A DNA stretch of 64,000 nucleotides. It comes from Pocillopora damicornis (Eukaryota). Position 1 is the stretch's first letter, and each line of letters starts with the position of its first letter. The stretch lies in NCBI RefSeq assembly GCF_003704095.1, contig NW_020844270.1:124001-188000 (forward strand). Reading direction: 5' to 3'. The position numbers and the translations under genes are program-made. Under the pieces are notes generated by a model, which did no database searches, was not told the origin of the DNA, and saw nothing but the letters and a program-made list of their open reading frames with translations. This document shows, piece by piece, positions 42,501 to 53,600 of this stretch.

Positions 42501-45500
42501 ATCAAAGACAGACGACTTGTATTCATTGAATTTGCACTGGACAAATCTCAGTACTTGCATGACGAGTTCATTTCCATTTTGGTAAAGTTTAAAACATTTT
42601 AATTCCTCTTTTTGATAAACTTACCTAGATGTGGTATGTTGTAAATTCTATTTAGTGGAAGTCAATCAGTTTACAGGAAAGCCGTCTTAATGTTCAACAA
42701 TATTACGCCCAACCAATTCATCGTGCTCAAAGATCTCGTTCCTATCGAAATCCAGTCGGCGGCGCCAGTGAATTGTTTATAATGTCATAAATTTCAGCTT
42801 ATATCATAGCTCCCTTCGCAATGTTGCTGACACATTAAACTTGTTACCCGCGAACAGCTTTATCGTGTAACGTCTTACAATATTTTTTCCCTTTTTAGGG
42901 CTTTGTCAGACAACGAAGAAGCTTTAAAAACCACATATAAAAAGTTCAATATATTATGGTACCGGCCCCCAGGTGGACCTCCCTCAACAGAGGCTCGTAA
43001 GGGTACTGAGGAGGAGTTATCTGCCGTGGTCGGAGCCATGATCTGCCTTGGTGTCATTATTGGTGTAGGAGCGATAATTATGATAATTATATTGATCATG
43101 TGAGTGAATCTCAGAGCGATAATTATGATGATTATACTGAGTGAATCTCAGAGAAATATACAGATAATACGAGCATGAAAAAGGCACCTGTATGAATGGC
43201 TTCAAGTTCGTGTTTCAGACAATCTTGTGGCTGAAATTGGTGCTATCGCCATAATCGTTACATACTATAATCGGTGAATTACCTCACTCTTACTAAGAGT
43301 AGGGTCTAACAAGTTTAATGTAGGAATTTCTTGGGCTGTTCTGATTGTGCTTGAATGGAAGTTCATTCCTTTTCATGTTTGTTTTAGGAGAAAAAGAAAT
43401 GGTCAGAGTCCGTTCAAGAAAAAGAGACAAACAAGAGTGACGTTCAATGACAAACCTTTCTTGTAAGTGACATGAAACATTCACGAGTTTTCTCTCGGTA
43501 GAAAACTTGTCAAACTTTCCTTATACCAGACATGGTTTGATGCTACTCCGGTTTAAAGATATAATGAATGTAACCGAGAAGTTAAAAATTCATAGACCCT
43601 GGGTCTATGAATTGTTACTTCTCGGTTAACATTCATTCTTTAAACCAGAGTAGCATCAAACCATGTCTGATTGTCCACCTAGTTGCCTTGTGGACTTTAG
43701 TATGTTTCCTTATGCCATTTCTACAATTTCAACTTTAATGGCTATTAAAGGATGAGCACATCATCCCTGACATTCCAGCCTACATTACGTACTACACAAC
43801 AACATGACCATTCATTTTTGGTTTAAAATAATTTACCTCGAAGATTATTTGAAGAATGTCAAATTTAGTATCTTTCAGTTGTGTGGAATGTGCTTGAGGT
43901 CTCGATAGGCGAATATTCTTGTATCTGCAAGTGTGACCTCTGAGCTTAGATTATGATTCACTATTCAGTTACATTCATAAAGAATGGCCTTATAAGCGCC
44001 ACGAGCTTACGGATATGGCGCTATAGAAATCCTTATTATTATTATTATTATTAATTAATTAATAGAGAGTCATGCTGTTCTGTCGGCATATTTTAGTTAA
44101 CTAGCCTTATTTCTCCTTACCTCAGCATTGAACCTGTTCAGACTGCTGTGACATCAAACCACGTGGAATCCGCACAGGTAACATCTCCCATTATTCAGTC
44201 TCAGCTCTCTGCGTACTAGTGGTGCTACAATATAAAATGACAAATAACTGCTGCTAAACACTCTTACTCAACTGTTTAGATGATGTTCCATTGTATTTTC
44301 AAGAAATTTTTATTCCCAAACATCCTATATTATTAGAGAAAGGCAATTGAAATCATTTAAAGTTTTCGCACTGTGGATTGTAGATAGTTAGTTACCAGCA
44401 TAAACTGGTACCTGAATAAAACTAATTTTGTTATAACTTCTAGAAATAGTTTTCTGACCAGCAACAGACAAAAATTTATCACAAAATATTTTTGTTCCTG
44501 ACTTTCAGAGCATTTTCATACATAAAGGACACCAGAAAAAAAGTTTCAATCATATAAAAACTGGACTTACAGAAAACGATTTTCATTTAACCTCTAATAA
44601 CATTGCATGCCAGTTATGATTAAGCCATAATTATAGAACCCCACCACATTTTATGATGCAGACTGTGATTTTAATCATTTAAACCTCTCAATCAGTGCTA
44701 ATCTGTAGATATGATCGTTTGATTTTCGTTTATAAATGATAGACAATCGATTACGTTGGAGCAGCCTGTTTACTTTATCAAACTTTTACAGAATGGTCCA
44801 ACATCTAATGATGTTCGCGCTCACATGGTGTGCTATCAGGCAGACATAAAATACGACTTCACCATGTTATAAAATGTAACTATAAAAGTGAAAGTATTTA
44901 AAAAATATTTCTAAATTATAATACGCAGTAAACTATTATTTAACAATTATTCGCCTCTGGCTCAGTGATTACTGTTGAATAATCCCCGAGAGGAAGTCAA
45001 GGGAATTATTCAACAATATTCACTGGGCTTGAGGCGAATAATCTTTTTAGCATAATTGCTCTAGTGCTTTCGAATTCTGTTGTAAATATTCGTTTTGATG
45101 CTGAAACCATTTAGTTTCAATTGTTTCGATTACTCGAGATAAACAGCCACCTTCCACTCGAATTTCACAGGTTCATTTAATTCAATCAGCAAATTTCATA
45201 TCTTTCTTTGAAAAGTGTTACTCAGAATTGAATTTTCGTTATCGTATTCATCAGTACCTCGGCAACACTGACAAAACGCGAGGTAGCCATTTCTTACTTT
45301 GGCGCTCCTGCTTTAATCACCTCGCGCGAGGTGATTATAGCGAGATATGAGGCAATCCTCGACCAATCAGAGAGCGTGCATCTCTATAATCACCGGAGCA
45401 ATTATGCTAAAAGATAATAACCAGCAAATAATTTGAGAAGCTTCTTAATCAGAAGTTTATAAAAATGGTAGAAACAATATTTTCAGGCATTGTTGTCTTT

Positions 45501-46305
45501 TTGAGGTACTGGTAACCAATCAACTATTATCACTTGCTCGATAATGTCCAGTGACCTCAGCTTTTGTTTATAGTAATGTTTTGTTCATAAGATTGTTACC
45601 AAAATACGGTCATTTCTTTGTCAAGTCTCGCAGTTTGCTTTATAGAAGTAACCCTTTGAAATATATAGATATTTAATTCGTAAACATATCATGTCCCAGG
45701 CTCCTGGAGTTTATCTCCTTTTCGTTTCTATTTGTGGCCTTGACGCCCTGATGACTTCACAGTAAATAATGACTTACTGAATAATCAACACACCAGGTGC
45801 AAGTCATTTAACTCGCTATATCCTTTCATTTTCACAGGAAGCTCAAGAGGTTATAGTCCATATACCAGCCGAGGATGACAACAGTTCTGAAGGCAGTGAT
45901 GACGGTTCTCGTGGCGAAATGAGCTTTTTAAATTTCGGCTACGGTTCGCAACTGGCAGCCATGAGGGAGGAAGATCCGGACGAATATGTTGAAATAGATC
46001 ATAACGCGTTCTTCCCCCCTCCGCCTAAAGGCCCGCCGCCGAAGCCACCGGATTCTGACGAGGAAGACTCCGAAGATGCCGACAACATCTCGATGGGATC
46101 ACGAAGTGATTATGAAAATGAGTACTCGGGAAAGTACAACCCAGATGACGTAGCAGATGTCAATGAGACCGTGTTAAGCCATTCTCCATCGGACTCTACT
46201 ACAGGAAGCACAGACCAGTTAGTTACTGGTTATCCAAAGGTTACGTTTCCTAGTGGTAGGTTTTTGCAAAGTTTTTCGCTGAACGAAGCGACGACTGTGT
46301 TGTAG
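27552..46305 (+). CDS. Cadherin-related protein (CDH23/PCDH15/CDHR2/Cad87A-like): signal peptide, 7 EC repeats, membrane-adjacent domain, TM, Pro/acidic tail, PDZ ligand; ~1066 aa
   Basis: 25 in-frame GT-AG exons: 27552-27606, 29519-29575, 30325-30467, 31041-31097, 31681-31770, 32116-32220, 32538-32642, 33944-34075, 34710-34785, 35513-35610, 35824-35949, 36224-36418, 36939-37116, 37557-37768, 38026-38208, 38847-38967, 39745-39791, 40378-40581, 41086-41174, 41762-41830, 42232-42294, 42899-43099, 43388-43462, 44126-44177, 45838-46305 (3201 nt). Motifs include LDRE/LDFE, DxNDN.P and AxDxD. TM is AVVGAMICLGVIIGVGAIIMIIILIM and the protein ends TTVL. Confidence 0.92.
31825..31965. repeat. Degenerate (GAY/AAY)n trinucleotide low-complexity tract, intronic
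   Basis: gatgaagatgaagatgaggatgacgat... inside the cadherin intron between exons 5 and 6. Confidence 0.75.
32788..33530. repeat. Tandem repeat, ~7 copies of a ~100-111 bp unit, intronic
   Basis: Recurring unit TTATTCAAGTACTCTATCACAAAGTCTTCCATGTGATCAGCTACGCTGCTCACCATCTATTCCATGATAGATAGCTGATAGTAGATTGAT. Confidence 0.93.
33531..33628 (+). mobile_element. 98-bp hammerhead-bearing Penelope-like insertion with a 14-bp target-site duplication
   Basis: TAGTATATTGAGTA at 33517-33530 and 33629-33642 flanks the insert. Confidence 0.8.
33534..33567 (+). ncRNA. Minimal type I hammerhead ribozyme (Penelope-like element type)
   Basis: GCT-CTGACGA-A-GGGC-TAAC-GCTC-GAAAC-GTC-AGC. Core boxes CUGANGA and GAAA, stem II GGGC/GCUC, stem I GCU/AGC, palindromic ACGU stem III, predicted cleavage after GUC (33564). 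Confidence 0.8.
34857..34890 (+). ncRNA. Second minimal hammerhead ribozyme (Penelope-like terminal repeat)
   Basis: GCT-CTGACGA-A-GGGT-TAAC-GCTC-GAAAC-GTC-AGC. Preceded by a degenerate inverted copy (34824-34852) and followed by a tail related to that of the first copy (AATTTACATTATCAACTCAGTTGATAA). Confidence 0.75.
43527..43669. repeat. ~143-bp palindrome (MITE-like hairpin), intronic
   Basis: CAGACATGGTTTGATGCTACTC...CATAGACCC-T-GGGTCTATG...GAGTAGCATCAAACCATGTCTG; the arms are near-perfect reverse complements. Confidence 0.88.
43988..44052 (+). mobile_element. 3' tail of an L2/CR1-type retroelement ending in (TAT)n
   Basis: TATAAGCGCC...GGCGCTATA stem-loop followed by TTATTATTATTATTATTA. 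Confidence 0.55.
44940..45412. mobile_element. Non-autonomous DNA element with a terminal hairpin and an asymmetric inverted repeat
   Basis: Hairpin 44946-45042 (ATTATTCGCCTC...GAGGCGAATAAT). 17-bp perfect IR TTTTAGCATAATTGCTC (45045-45061) / GAGCAATTATGCTAAAA (45396-45412). Confidence 0.7.
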
Positions 46306-46530
46306 GAAAACTACACTGAGCCGGACAGTTTGATGATGTTTTTTTAGACATAATACAGAGAAAACCAACATATGCATTCAAATAACATGAAATATTAGGT
46401 TGTTCATTAGGAAAGGAACAATGCAATCCAAATTTGATCGTTTTAGCTCAACAAATTGGTGTTATTCCGCATTTCATAATAATTTTTAAGATTCAAGGGT
46501 AATTACTTTTTTCTTCGGTCCCCTAATTTC

Positions 46531-46536
46531 AATAAA
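46531..46536 (+). promoter_or_regulatory. Candidate polyadenylation signal of the cadherin gene
   Basis: First AATAAA after the stop codon, followed by a GT/T-rich tract. Confidence 0.4.
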
Positions 46537-47665
46537 ATGCACCGTGTTTAGTCTCATTTTTTTTATTCTAGCTTTTGAGTTTTAAAAAACTTAATCTTCC
46601 GTGTTTGAAAATATGGAATTTTTGACTTAGGAATCTTTTAACGGTGTATATTTCTGAGAATTTCGATCATGTATTTTGATCGCTAATTGGTATACGTTTA
46701 ATTGGAATTCTTTAGTTTCATGGTGAGTTTAATTATGCACTTTGAAGGCAATCTAGAAAGATTATCATATATAATTCTTGTGACGAAAATTTATTTTTTG
46801 ACAGTTAAATATTAGTATCAATGAAAAAAATATTTTTTCAAAGGTGAAATAACCAACTGATTCAACACCGGTGTTGAACATAATTCCTAAAGCCTTAATA
46901 TTCATAGGATAAACTGTTCACAATAAAAAGGAAGCAACAACACTTTGTGCTTGTTTCATCATTTTAATGGTTAAGAATACTAGGATTGTGAGAACAGGGG
47001 CCCTGTTCTTGTGTATTATAAAAATCAGAAGACTTGACTACCTTTGAAACCTTTTGCAGTATTTGCCATTAAAGGGTAGGAGGGAGGGATGGGGAACGGG
47101 GAGGAATGAACCGAAGGTTTAATGAGCTGAACAATGCCTCGCCATATGAGGTAGCAAACTTCGATCGACGAAAGGTTCTCAACTTTTCTGTTCCCAAATT
47201 CTCGGTATTAAATCCCTTCAATTATTTTAGGCAGAAAGGTTTTGAAACATGGAACCCATTTCTCATTTTAAAGTCCTGCTGGTTAAGAGATTTGACGGGC
47301 TCTGGGGACGGGAATGCTGTCATTAGCGCCAAGAGTTACTTATGACTCGAAGCTTTTTGGATAACTCTCGCGGTAGGATAGTGCAAGGGAGATGGGGGGG
47401 AGGAGGGGGGAAATGGTTGACTCATCCCACCCTCTCAAGCCGCACTAGTTTGTAGCCTGCATTATTAAGGTCAATAGGGACGCTTTCAAATGCTATTTAG
47501 GTTCTGCATGTCTCAAGGGGACAGGCCAGCAGTCAACTTGTGTTTTCACTCTATTCTTTCTGGGCGAAAATTTTAGTTTTAAATTGTTTCATCATTACGA
47601 GCGATGAATAACCATACAGTTAAAGTTATCTTTTTTATTAAAAAATGTCGGATAGAAAGGTATAT

Positions 47666-50600
47666 TCATTTCATTTCCCAACTTACAAATTCACCCTCAC
47701 TTATTTCAACGTTTTTGTTTGGAAACATACTTTTTGATACGGCTAAAAACTTCAGCTCCAGTCTCCCGGATGTCACGGTCACGGTAAGCTTAATTCTCTC
47801 CTTTAGCTTTCTTGCTTGAACTGTTCCACTAGCGAAAGGAGTGAAGAACGGAAGATTATACGGGACCTGCAATTTCGGTTCAAATATTAATATTTGTTTT
47901 ATTGCATTAAACTGCTGGCCAGAAAGAGCCAACGGTATGTGCCAAAGGACCATGTGGAAACTATAATGCGACGTGCACCACGGCTGACCGTCTACGCCGT
48001 AACCCTGACCAGCGGTCAAACCGTGGATATTCCATAGGTCGTTCAGTTTGGTTCTGTAATGCTCCAGAGCTCTTTCAGCTTGTTTTAGAGCTTTAGAAGG
48101 ATCCATTCCCAGATGGATGTTGAGAGTGGTCCAATCTGCATCGCTTCCCATCCAAATGGAATTAAACTTGCTCTCCTGTTCAAGGGCAAAGCAGTTTTCG
48201 TGTTGAAGAGATTTTTGTGTAACGGATAGAATTGAATTTGATGTTGAATTGAATTGGTTATCCACAATTTTGTCTGTTCCATTTAGTTTTCTTCTTTGTA
48301 TTTTCATGTCGATCTTCGTCACTGATGTTTTAATCGCTGAAAAATGATGCGCAGCGTGTCTATTTATTTTATCATTATCGTAGAACATTTTTGTCCTTAG
48401 CTGACTCTCCTTCGCTGTAAAATTTGATAGTTTATTAAAATGTGGATCTTTCAATTCTGAAATATGGTTGGAGAAGCTGCCCAAATCTGCTACGGCCTCC
48501 TCTTGTTTGCGTGTTTTCCACTTTTGTCTAAGTTTTTGCTTTGCATTTTTATCAGTCTTCGTTGTTCTTTTCTTGATCCCTTGAGCAAGCACGCGAAGTC
48601 CGTAGGGTGTGCCATTTAGCTGTCTCTCTTTATTCAGGTGCATTTTCATTTTGATAGGATCAAGAAGGTGTCCAAGACCCAGGGCATAGGCCCAAACCTG
48701 AAACAGAAGAAATAAGGAAAACGTAGGGAGAGCGAAACATTCTTTTTCGCCATTACTTTTGTTGTTTTGGAACAAGGTCGGTTTTTTTTAGTTTTTGTGT
48801 TTAGTGGACAAATCAGCGACTGACTTTGCTTGGACCATGACATCAAATCTCCATATTGTCAACTTTAAGGCACTGTAGAAGTTTTAACTGATAATTTTAA
48901 ACTACCTCTGTCCATATGAAATAGAGTCCAGGCTTCTTCGAGGACCAATAATATATATATATTTTTCAGTTTTAGTTTCTGTTGTTGCATCTTACTCCAG
49001 AAAATCAGCTGATCACCCACCATCCATGATTCAAATAAAGCTATTTCATACATGAGCGGGGATTGAAGTTGTCTCTGTGAGCGCGTAGATTGAATCCATC
49101 TCACTTACCTGACCATAAAGAGAGTCCGCCATCAGCCAGGGTGGAGAACCTTTCTCGTGATCCCACCATGAATGATAAAATCCTTCCTCCTCGTCCCATA
49201 AAGTCCTGTCCAATTTTTCTTTTCCGTACTCAAACGCTAGCTGAATGGCCTGAGCCAATTCAGTTTCTCCTAAGGTGTCTGCAAGGACTTGGCCCACCCG
49301 TAATCCTAACAGATACATAACACTGTTGTACGTCGTGTGGTCGTAGCCCTCTTGGTAAATAATATCGTAAGTGCACGTTTTACGTAAAGGGAGGCCCGAG
49401 TCCCCTGTGCTGTCACGCATGAGCCAAATCAGTGCCTTGCGAGCTGCTGGCCAGAGATCTCGAAGGACCTGTTGGTTGCCCGTCCATAAGTAAAGATGGT
49501 AGAACTATAGCGAGAAAAAGACCAGAATGTCTTGGGAACGATTAGCCTTTAGCTGACTGCCCTTGTCTGTAGACGGCATTAGCAGCTTCTCTAACACTTT
49601 TAACGGCTAGCACTTTTCTAACACAGTGCTTAGGCCAATTAGGCTCTCAAATGTGACTTATAACTGCACTTTCGAATTGTCTGTTTATGCTGATATTTAT
49701 GCAAAACTTCCCAGAACTACAATCATAAGATTATTTCTGTAATCTATATATTAGACTGGGAAATCAGCCGAATAAAAGGCAACACGTAAAAGTTCTTAGA
49801 AATGTTCAAACTACCCAGATATTTGAGTTCAAGATGTTCAATGAAATGCCCATCACTTGATGGGCTCCTGAAAATGCGTCATTTGTGTCTGAAAACCTAA
49901 AATACGAGGTTATTCAAACTTCTTCACAATTTTAAATTTATTCATTTATTTACTTATTTACAGATACCTGTGCTAAAAAGGCTGGCGTGACATCAGCCAT
50001 GACTCTTCCTCCAGGGGTATCTAACCGGTTTGTTCGGTTATGGCATCCCCACTGTATCTGTAGAGTCTCCTGTATCCATCCACCTGGGTGCTGATATCGA
50101 GCCCAGGCCCTCACAACGTTTTCCAGTAGTTCTGGGAAGAAAATGAGGTACGGTAGTTCCCTCTGGAAATCATTGTGAACCGAATCGACATCATTGCAGT
50201 CTAGTGCCTCCCATTGCCGCCATCTGGATGGAAGAGAAAAAAAGAAATCAACATTACAGAAATGAAGGCACATAGTCGTTTTAATTGCCGGAATCAATTC
50301 TTGTTATCATGTAATGTTCTTTTCTTTCCTTCCTTTTGTCACATGAAGATGAGAGAAACTGTTAACAGTTACCTGCCGTCAGCCACTCGAAATCCGCTTC
50401 TCCAAAAACTCAAACTGTTGACTAGATGATCCTGAAGCCATTCAGGAAGAGAAGACTTTACACCATAATTTCGTAGGGAAGTCCTGAAGGGCGTCGAGGG
50501 AATGATATTTGAATGCCATGAAATGATGTCCTTCAAGTTTGAGAGAAGGTTGTCTCGGATGTGCTCAGCTACGTCTCTGCTGGAGTTGAAGAGGTTGCTA

Positions 50601-53600
50601 TTTAAAACAAAACATAGAAATTATGAGTTTAAATGCTAATTTGCATGCTAAGCAACGAATCGATTAGAATCCTCCTCCGAAGTTGTAAGAAGAAAAGGAT
50701 AATAGAGATAGTCCAATTACTGTTTTGTGACGGCGCGTGATTATATAAATTTTTAAGCATCTATCAAGGATAAATGTATAAATATAAAAATTAAACCCCA
50801 CATTTTGTATCTGACGAGGTGGCCGAGTGGTTAAGGCGTTGGACTGCTAATCCAATGTGCTCTGCACGCGTGGGTTCGAATCCCATCCTCGTCGCACAAC
50901 TTTTTTATCTCTTTTTCTTTCTCCCCTCTATTTCTTTTTTTTACTTATATTTTCTTCCTTTAAATATATATTTTCATTTTTGAAAAGCTCATTCCCCTCT
51001 AAAAGTACAAATTTCACTCTCACCAAGAGTAATTTATCGATTAACAGGGATGAACAAAACACCTGAAATATTTGATAGAATTTTGAAAATTCATCAAGTC
51101 AAAACTTAATTTGAATTAAGTCATATATTTATCTGCAAGAAACGTTTCTCAAAGAAGACCCTGAGCCTTAAATGGTCGAAGATGGACTTTCCCAGTCACG
51201 CTGGACTGGCTGAATAATAAATTATTACCTAAGCTTGGAACCTGTCTTCAAAACAGAGTTTCTCTTCGTCTAGAATCTTCTCACTTACGTTTCCATGTTC
51301 AGCTCCAAATGAATTTCATACATTTGTCGATAAATAAGCTTGAGAGTGTTCGAACATCGGTGGGGATTAACAGTTCAACTCCCGATACTCGAACCCTCGC
51401 TTATTCGAACATTGCGCTTCCTTAAACCAAAATCGATTTCTCTTGGATTTCCGTCAATTATCAGTCGATTAGTTTTACCCACGATAATTAACTCGAATTT
51501 TAGATAATTCAAACCACACACCAGATCGAAGCAATGTAAATTTCCCCGCAGGTCATTTTCTAAACCATTAATTTTCGATAACTCGAACTATATGTTTAGT
51601 AGTTCATGACAAACCAAAACAAATGGCATTTTAGACTGTCCGGTACTTTGCTTCAATACATTACCTGTAATACTGCCCAACGCTTTTTCCTGAGTGGTCT
51701 CGGTAAGGATAATACCAGGCTAAAATGAACGTCAGTGTTTCACTTATACCAGAAGGAAGTCTTGCTCCAACAGCTATCGTGCCATGAAAGCCGAAAGAGT
51801 CTATCCTCTTTCTTAGTTTTCCGCTCGATTCAAACGCTTCCCAAACGGACCGGAAGTCATCCGTGACGCCAAATGTTGGTTTGTTTGTATTGCTTGACAG
51901 AAGCGTAGTGCTTCCACTGTTTGGGAACTTGTTGGGCCTTTCACAAGTTAGCATTTCTTCCTTTAATCTCCACTGTCCCTTAACGCCTAGATGGTATTTT
52001 TAAAGAAGATGTTTTAAATAAACAAAAATTCTAAAATTTACTCTCCCCAAACGCGACACAAAGCGCCCTGCGTTACGCTCTGAGTCACATTAGAGAAGAT
52101 ATGGTGTAAGGTACGTTCTCGTTTGCCCTCTCAATTATTAATTCAGTCGTATTCTTTTCAAAAAAATTAAATAAAATTATTTTTGAGTGCCTGCTAAGAG
52201 AAAAAACATTGGAGAAGATTTTCGCGCCCCAGTCTCATCGACAGCTGCGGCGCTTACGCAGAAACCTCAAGTTCTAGCAACTGACCGGAAGTGACACCCG
52301 CCTTAAACGCGTGAAGTGGCATTGCATCTTTTAACGAACACCTGTCCTTTTCATAGCTCCAGGCCATGCAACGATCATCCTCGTTACACATGGCTGCACA
52401 CTGAGCTGAAGACACTACATCAACTTTGGTCTCAATGTTGTCGCCTCTTCTTGACGTGTCTAAACAAAAGGCAAAAACAAAAAAAAAATACTTACTGACT
52501 TCGAAAGGTAACTTTGAAAAAAGATTATCAGTTAACTTTCACCACAAGGTGTAGCTGACGCTCAAGACGTTCGTTCGAACAAGGACAGATACCTACTGGA
52601 ATTAGAGAGGTAAGGAAGACAAACATTCAAATTAAGTTTTCTTCATTAGGCTATAAAAATTATTCTTAACTATCTCACCACTCCGGGTCTTGAATCAGTT
52701 ATGAAAGTTACATTAATATTTCTACACAATTTCAGTTCTTGATCGCACCTGGTTGCTCACCAAGAGGAATATTCAACAGGAAAGACACATCCACTTCCTT
52801 ATCAGTTGGATTTTTAACACTTAGTGTAAAAACTACTCCAGGAACAAATGATAGTTCTGTTTTCCTCGCTCGGAGAGTGCCGTATGCAAACAAGTCTATT
52901 TCAACTCCAAAAAATCTTTCATCCTTAACACTAAGTCTTGACACTGGAAAAGATCCTGAGTATGACAAGCCCTTCACACCAGGGTACCCAGGAGGAGGGT
53001 GTGTTCTCAAGAGGGCGGCTTTTGTTCCCAAAGAAGAACTCACTCTTACACCAAGCACTGTTTTATCCAATGCGCCTGGGCCAAGTTTGGCCGATCCACC
53101 TGGTGACTGGTTCTCAAGGGTCCATTCATGAAATGATCCGTCGGCTCTAAGCTCTAACGATCCTTCGAAACAAAGAAGAAGCTGAAACCATAAGCAATGC
53201 AGCGCCATTCTACCTCTTAGAGTTTTTTAAGATGGCCAAGCCAAGTTACAAAAGCTATTCTTTCTTCCAGTTGCTATGTTTTTTTTAAAAATATGTTTTG
53301 TTACATCAAGATATCAACTTCTCGCTGAAAGGCTTTTTCTATTCTTATCACCGCTGGATAATGGACGTTACGACCCACTTATCACTTCTAGGAGACGATA
53401 GCACCAAACACACTCCAAGTGTCTTGATAGCATTAGATCTTAATAGATCAACATATTTCCCTTTTTTCAACCACTTTACCTGTCCCCATTCCTCCAAGAG
53501 GCACGGCAGATCTCATACCAAGAGGCGGAGGTGTACTCCTGGGAGCCTGGTAAAGATATTTAACGGGAGAATATCGTGGAGTAACCCAGCCATGAACAGG

